This document shows, piece by piece, positions 60,793 through 64,000 of a stretch of DNA of 64,000 nt (within the stretch, counting starts at the first letter, position 1; each line of letters opens with the position of its first letter). The position numbers and the translations under genes are program-made. The stretch lies in NCBI GenBank assembly GCA_964474085.1, contig CAYYRJ010000007.1, positions 8,001-72,000 on the forward strand. Reading direction: 5' to 3'. Under the pieces are notes generated by a model. The model was not told the DNA's origin, did no database searches, and worked only from the letters and a program-made list of their open reading frames with translations. Origin of the DNA: an uncultured Planctomycetales bacterium (GTDB lineage: Bacteria > Omnitrophota > Gorgyraeia > Zapsychrales > JANLHA01).

Positions 60793-61548
60793 CTATAATT
60801 TGACCATCAGGCATTGAGAGCCCAGCATCTCAATAACGGGCTCAGGTTTATCAAAAAAGAACTCATCAACCGCTTTCTTGACCCCTGGCGCATAGTTATA
60901 ATCATCACAAAAAATAATGCCCCCAGCATTCATCCGCTGATAAAAGAAATTAAAACAAGCTTTTGTGCTTTCATAAGTATCCACGTCGAGATTGACAAAA
61001 GCAAAACGCCTGTCCTTAATAGGCTCTGCGGTTTGAGGAAAAATGCCGGGATAAAAAGAAACCTGCGAATATCCTTTAAGATACTCTTTAACACCAGAGA
61101 GCGACGCGCTGTATTGCCCCTTTTGAAAATGCGTTTGATCAATCGGATCAACCTGCGGAAGACCAGAAAAAGTATCAAACAGATGCAAAAACTTTTCGCC
61201 TTTCGCCTCACAAATAAGTTTAGCGGACCCGCCATGATAAACCCCAACTTCGGCAATATCCCCTTGAATCTTTAAAACCTGCTTAATGCTCATATATAAC
61301 TGATAAGCCTCATTGACCGTCAAAAGAAATGGAACTTCCTCTTTGACCTTGTTGACCAGCTCGACAACAGCCGCCCGCTCTGGGTCTGAGTAAACACAAA
61401 CCAATCCTTTGCTTTTTTCCAAACTTTGCGCGGGAATCATAAGCAATCCGCCGCGACGAATCGACGAAAAAATCACCTCTTTAAAAACCTTGTGCGGGAA
61501 AAATTGTGTTTGGCCAAAAATAACCCACCTAAAAAACTTTTCTAACAT
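60793..61548 (-). CDS. Class I SAM-dependent O-methyltransferase, TylF/MycF (macrocin-O-MT) family
   Basis: The family motifs are present: GDIAEVGVYHGGSA (SAM-binding) and AFVNLDVDTYESTKACFNFF (the LDxDxYExT metal site). Confidence 0.75.
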   Translation of the reverse strand: MLEKFFRWVIFGQTQFFPHKVFKEVIFSSIRRGGLLMIPAQSLEKSKGLVCVYSDPERAAVVELVNKVKEEVPFLLTVNEAYQLYMSIKQVLKIQGDIAEVGVYHGGSAKLICEAKGEKFLHLFDTFSGLPQVDPIDQTHFQKGQYSASLSGVKEYLKGYSQVSFYPGIFPQTAEPIKDRRFAFVNLDVDTYESTKACFNFFYQRMNAGGIIFCDDYNYAPGVKKAVDEFFFDKPEPVIEMLGSQCLMVKL

Positions 61549-61561
61549 TATGCACCCCGAC

Positions 61562-63238
61562 TCACTTTCGAGTAAAACTAACTTCTTCTGGGTAAGAATA
61601 CGAATTTTTCATATCCCAAGAAAATAAATTTTCCTGACACTTAAAATTCAAAGAATTAAAAAATTCCAAACACGGCTTGTTGCGATCGGTTGGAATATAT
61701 TGCGCCAGAAGTTCTTTAATCCCCGCTTTTTGAGCTTGCTCAATAACAATTCCAAGCATGAGCTCTTCAATTTTTCGCCCAATGACGCGGCAACTTAATA
61801 CAAAATCACAAACATTCCCGACGGTATCACTCACAGCCAAACTGACTATCCCTGTCAATCCATAATCTCCAAATTTGTCAGCCACCCGCAAAGTCCAAAC
61901 AAAATGTCCTTCTTGGCTAGCCCAGCCGTAAAAGTCCTTTTCTAACATCCGTCGCGTCGTTAAATTCATTTGATTAGTCTTGTTTAACAATTGCGTGGCC
62001 CGGGGAAGATCCGCTTCATTTAACCGCTGTGCAATAACTTTAATGTCCAAAGTTTTAATCCACTGGGCAACCGACCCTAAGCTCTCTTTAAGATCACGGC
62101 GCTCTTTTTGATGAGCATAAAGTTCACTGCGCCCCAGATCTTCATTGGTTATCGCCAAAGTATCAAAGCAGGAAAGCTCCATCAATGTTTTTTTGTAGAG
62201 CAACTTATCCTCTGGCCACTGAGGAACAAAAACTTCAGGCAAAGCCTCTTTTATTCGCAAACGCTCCGCGGGACTATCATCGATAAAAACGCAAGAAGCC
62301 AATCCTAAATTAAGCTCTTGCGTAAGATCCATCAAATTCTCGGCCTTGTCTTTCCAGTTAATGCGCAGCGCAGAAAAATCTTCAATTTTTAATATCATTT
62401 CAGGGCGACGCATAAAGGCTTCTCGCACAAGAGCCTCGTCATTTTTGCTGATAACAGCCAATAAAATGCCACGATCCCGAAATGATTTTAGCGCCTGCTG
62501 AAAATCACAGAAAGCTTCTCCCAGAGGATCATGTCCGCCAAGACGAATATTTTGCCACCCAACCTCTCCAAGAATTCCGCCCCATAATGTTTCGTCGAGA
62601 TCGACAATAATAATTTTCTTTGCATCACCATAAGCATTGCTTAAAATTGCCAAAATATCCGCCGAAGCCTTTTTAAAAACCTCCTGACTAAAAGGAATTT
62701 TGCTAAGATACCACAAGGACAGATTAAAGGCATGTTCTCCCGCCGAGGAAAGCCAAGAGCGTGAATCTAAAAAATATGCGTTCTTTATTTGACTCAATCG
62801 TTGAGCCATCACCATGTTCATTTGAGCAAGAATATAGCGAACCCCTAAAGGATCCCTCATGTCCAAAACACCATACCCCCTAAAATTCGAAGGAATTTCC
62901 CAAGAAGGAATTAAAAAAAGCTGCGCCTTCTCTTGGGCGGCGGCAATTAAATCCGCGAAATGGTGAACCTCGCCAAGTATTATTGAAAGAGGCACACGCT
63001 TAAAACGCAAAACGTCAGCAAAAGCCGGAATGATTTTTTCGGGTTGGGTCCAGATCATAACGCAATGAAGCTCTGGCGTCCAACAAGGATGGTTCTGATC
63101 AATCAAGATGGGCACAACCTGCCCAAAAGGCGCAGTCAAAACATCACCTAAAGCCATCGGGCTATTTTGTAAATAGGCGCGCAGGACATCAATATTAAAA
63201 TCTGACATCAACAAAATGCGAATGATCTCTTTAGGCAT
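61562..63238 (-). CDS. FkbH-like HAD-IIIC phosphatase-fold protein with C-terminal GNAT-like region (putative carrier-protein loading enzyme)
   Basis: HAD motif I (IIIVDLDETLWGG), the motif SKN (AVISKNDEA) and DD… are present. The N-terminal extension and C-terminal acyltransferase-like tail match FkbH-like domain proteins. It is adjacent to an ACP gene. Confidence 0.7.
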   Translation of the reverse strand: MPKEIIRILLMSDFNIDVLRAYLQNSPMALGDVLTAPFGQVVPILIDQNHPCWTPELHCVMIWTQPEKIIPAFADVLRFKRVPLSIILGEVHHFADLIAAAQEKAQLFLIPSWEIPSNFRGYGVLDMRDPLGVRYILAQMNMVMAQRLSQIKNAYFLDSRSWLSSAGEHAFNLSLWYLSKIPFSQEVFKKASADILAILSNAYGDAKKIIIVDLDETLWGGILGEVGWQNIRLGGHDPLGEAFCDFQQALKSFRDRGILLAVISKNDEALVREAFMRRPEMILKIEDFSALRINWKDKAENLMDLTQELNLGLASCVFIDDSPAERLRIKEALPEVFVPQWPEDKLLYKKTLMELSCFDTLAITNEDLGRSELYAHQKERRDLKESLGSVAQWIKTLDIKVIAQRLNEADLPRATQLLNKTNQMNLTTRRMLEKDFYGWASQEGHFVWTLRVADKFGDYGLTGIVSLAVSDTVGNVCDFVLSCRVIGRKIEELMLGIVIEQAQKAGIKELLAQYIPTDRNKPCLEFFNSLNFKCQENLFSWDMKNSYSYPEEVSFTRK

Positions 63239-63247
63239 TAAAATTTT

Positions 63248-63577
63248 TTAAGTTGTAAATTTAAGAATATGATCTTGCAAAGTCGCAAGCGTCTTGAGGG
63301 GATTATGTTCAACCGACATCATCAACTGATCACTCAAAGAAATTCTTTTCCCAAACGCGTCACTATATTTTCTTTCGATGGCAACAATCAAAAGAATTAA
63401 TCCTAAGGAATCAAGCGCGCTTCCCGGGCCGACCAAGGACGTTTCTAGTGATTTTGAAATTTTCTTTCCCGCCGGCAAAGACTCATTTATTTCATCAATA
63501 GAAGCAAAGATCACAGCCGTTATTTTATCGATTTCGTTCATTGTGTTTATCACAAACCCCGCCTTGAAATTACCCAA
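63248..63577 (-). CDS. Acyl/peptidyl carrier protein (phosphopantetheine-binding)
   Basis: The LDSLG motif (GSALDSLGLILLIVAIERKY) marks the Ser attachment site. An alternative start is MNEIDKI at 63541. Confidence 0.7.
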   Translation of the reverse strand: MGNFKAGFVINTMNEIDKITAVIFASIDEINESLPAGKKISKSLETSLVGPGSALDSLGLILLIVAIERKYSDAFGKRISLSDQLMMSVEHNPLKTLATLQDHILKFTT

Positions 63578-63693
63578 TTTTCGACTGACATTTTATCTTA
63601 AGTTTCGACCAATAAAAGTCAAGAATTATAAAGTTAAAAGCTTGGGCAAACGCCGGACAATCGCGCAGTTTTCGAGAAATAAATCATGAGAAA

Positions 63694-64000
63694 CTAATTT
63701 AACAAAGCCCTGGTCATAAAACTATATTTTGGATTTTGGGTGCGGAAATATTTGGGATACAAAATCTCGACTAAAGAATACACATCCTGCGAATCCTCGG
63801 CATTTCGACGGACATTCAAGCATTTAAAATTCCCCGGAAAATCCGGCGCCACATAAAAAGAAAAATCCGGTTCATCTTTTTTGCTGGCAATGAGCAAATT
63901 AAGCGTCCTAAAAAGCACCTGGGTTTGATTGCTCAAAAGCGCTTGCTTTTGATTGCTCTGATACAGAAGCACGCCGTTGTGCAATATTAAAAAACAAAAA
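63694..64000 (-). CDS. Hypothetical protein, C-terminal fragment only (the N-terminus lies beyond the window edge)
   Basis: Open minus-strand frame running to the window end, stop at 63694. No recognisable motif in the 96 visible residues. Confidence 0.3.
   Translation of the reverse strand, partial: FCFLILHNGVLLYQSNQKQALLSNQTQVLFRTLNLLIASKKDEPDFSFYVAPDFPGNFKCLNVRRNAEDSQDVYSLVEILYPKYFRTQNPKYSFMTRALLN

Noticed and set aside
1-64000. Searched for mobile-element or prophage hallmarks (integrase, transposase, terminal inverted repeats with direct target duplications, tRNA attachment sites)
   Set aside because: None found. Every ORF of 150 aa or more is assignable to housekeeping, transport or envelope functions. 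The repeat element has no coding capacity.

Overview
This is a 64-kb chromosomal window from a bacterium, with about 47% GC and no rRNA or tRNA genes. It carries roughly 70 genes; all but three are on the minus strand. It has no integrase, transposase, phage or CRISPR content, so it looks like core genome rather than an island. Gene content, in coordinate order from the left edge:
- A 3'-truncated apolipoprotein N-acyltransferase gene (lnt) and a TPR lipoprotein gene.
- A nitrogen-assimilation supercluster: gltB and gltD, an acyltransferase gene, nadE, a class-I glutamine amidotransferase gene, glnN (type-III glutamine synthetase), glnB, amtB, and a GAF-GAF-ANTAR regulator gene.
- Genes for a thiolase and a DRTGG ATPase, followed by sucC and sucD.
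- A corA operon with two tandem paralogous receiver-like genes and a peptidoglycan-binding lipoprotein gene.
- Genes for a YkgJ-family protein, DUF486 and DUF502 membrane proteins, and an NSS transporter preceded by a 31-aa Lys/Cys-rich small ORF.
- Genes for a DedA-family protein, ExbB/ExbD and CrcB.
- An envelope-stress block: MacAB-TolC efflux genes, a CpxP-like gene and an ECF sigma / anti-sigma pair.
- An iron block: feoA, feoB, an unlisted FeoB-associated Cys-rich mini-protein ORF, a cupredoxin-like gene and an FTR1 permease gene fused in-frame to a signal-peptide-bearing beta-rich domain.
- A sulfur block: sbp-cysT-cysW-cysA-cysK, an OprO/OprP-like porin gene and an Rrf2 (CymR-like) regulator gene.
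- PiT phosphate transporter and DUF47 genes.
- A surface-modification locus at the right-hand end: a B12-radical-SAM gene with a small membrane-protein partner, a TPR-split SGNH gene, and MBOAT, TylF-like methyltransferase, FkbH-like HAD and acyl-carrier-protein genes.
The most unusual non-coding signal is a 45-nt almost invariant core embedded three times in intergenic hairpins. The flanking stems differ in sequence between copies, but each copy's two arms stay complementary. Every stem mismatch is A:C on the plus strand, which is a G:U wobble on the minus-strand transcript. Other regulatory signal includes several consensus sigma-70 promoters (TTGACA-17-TAxxxT), a candidate ANTAR dual-hexaloop/terminator leader in front of amtB-glnB, and a dense hairpin cluster in front of lnt.
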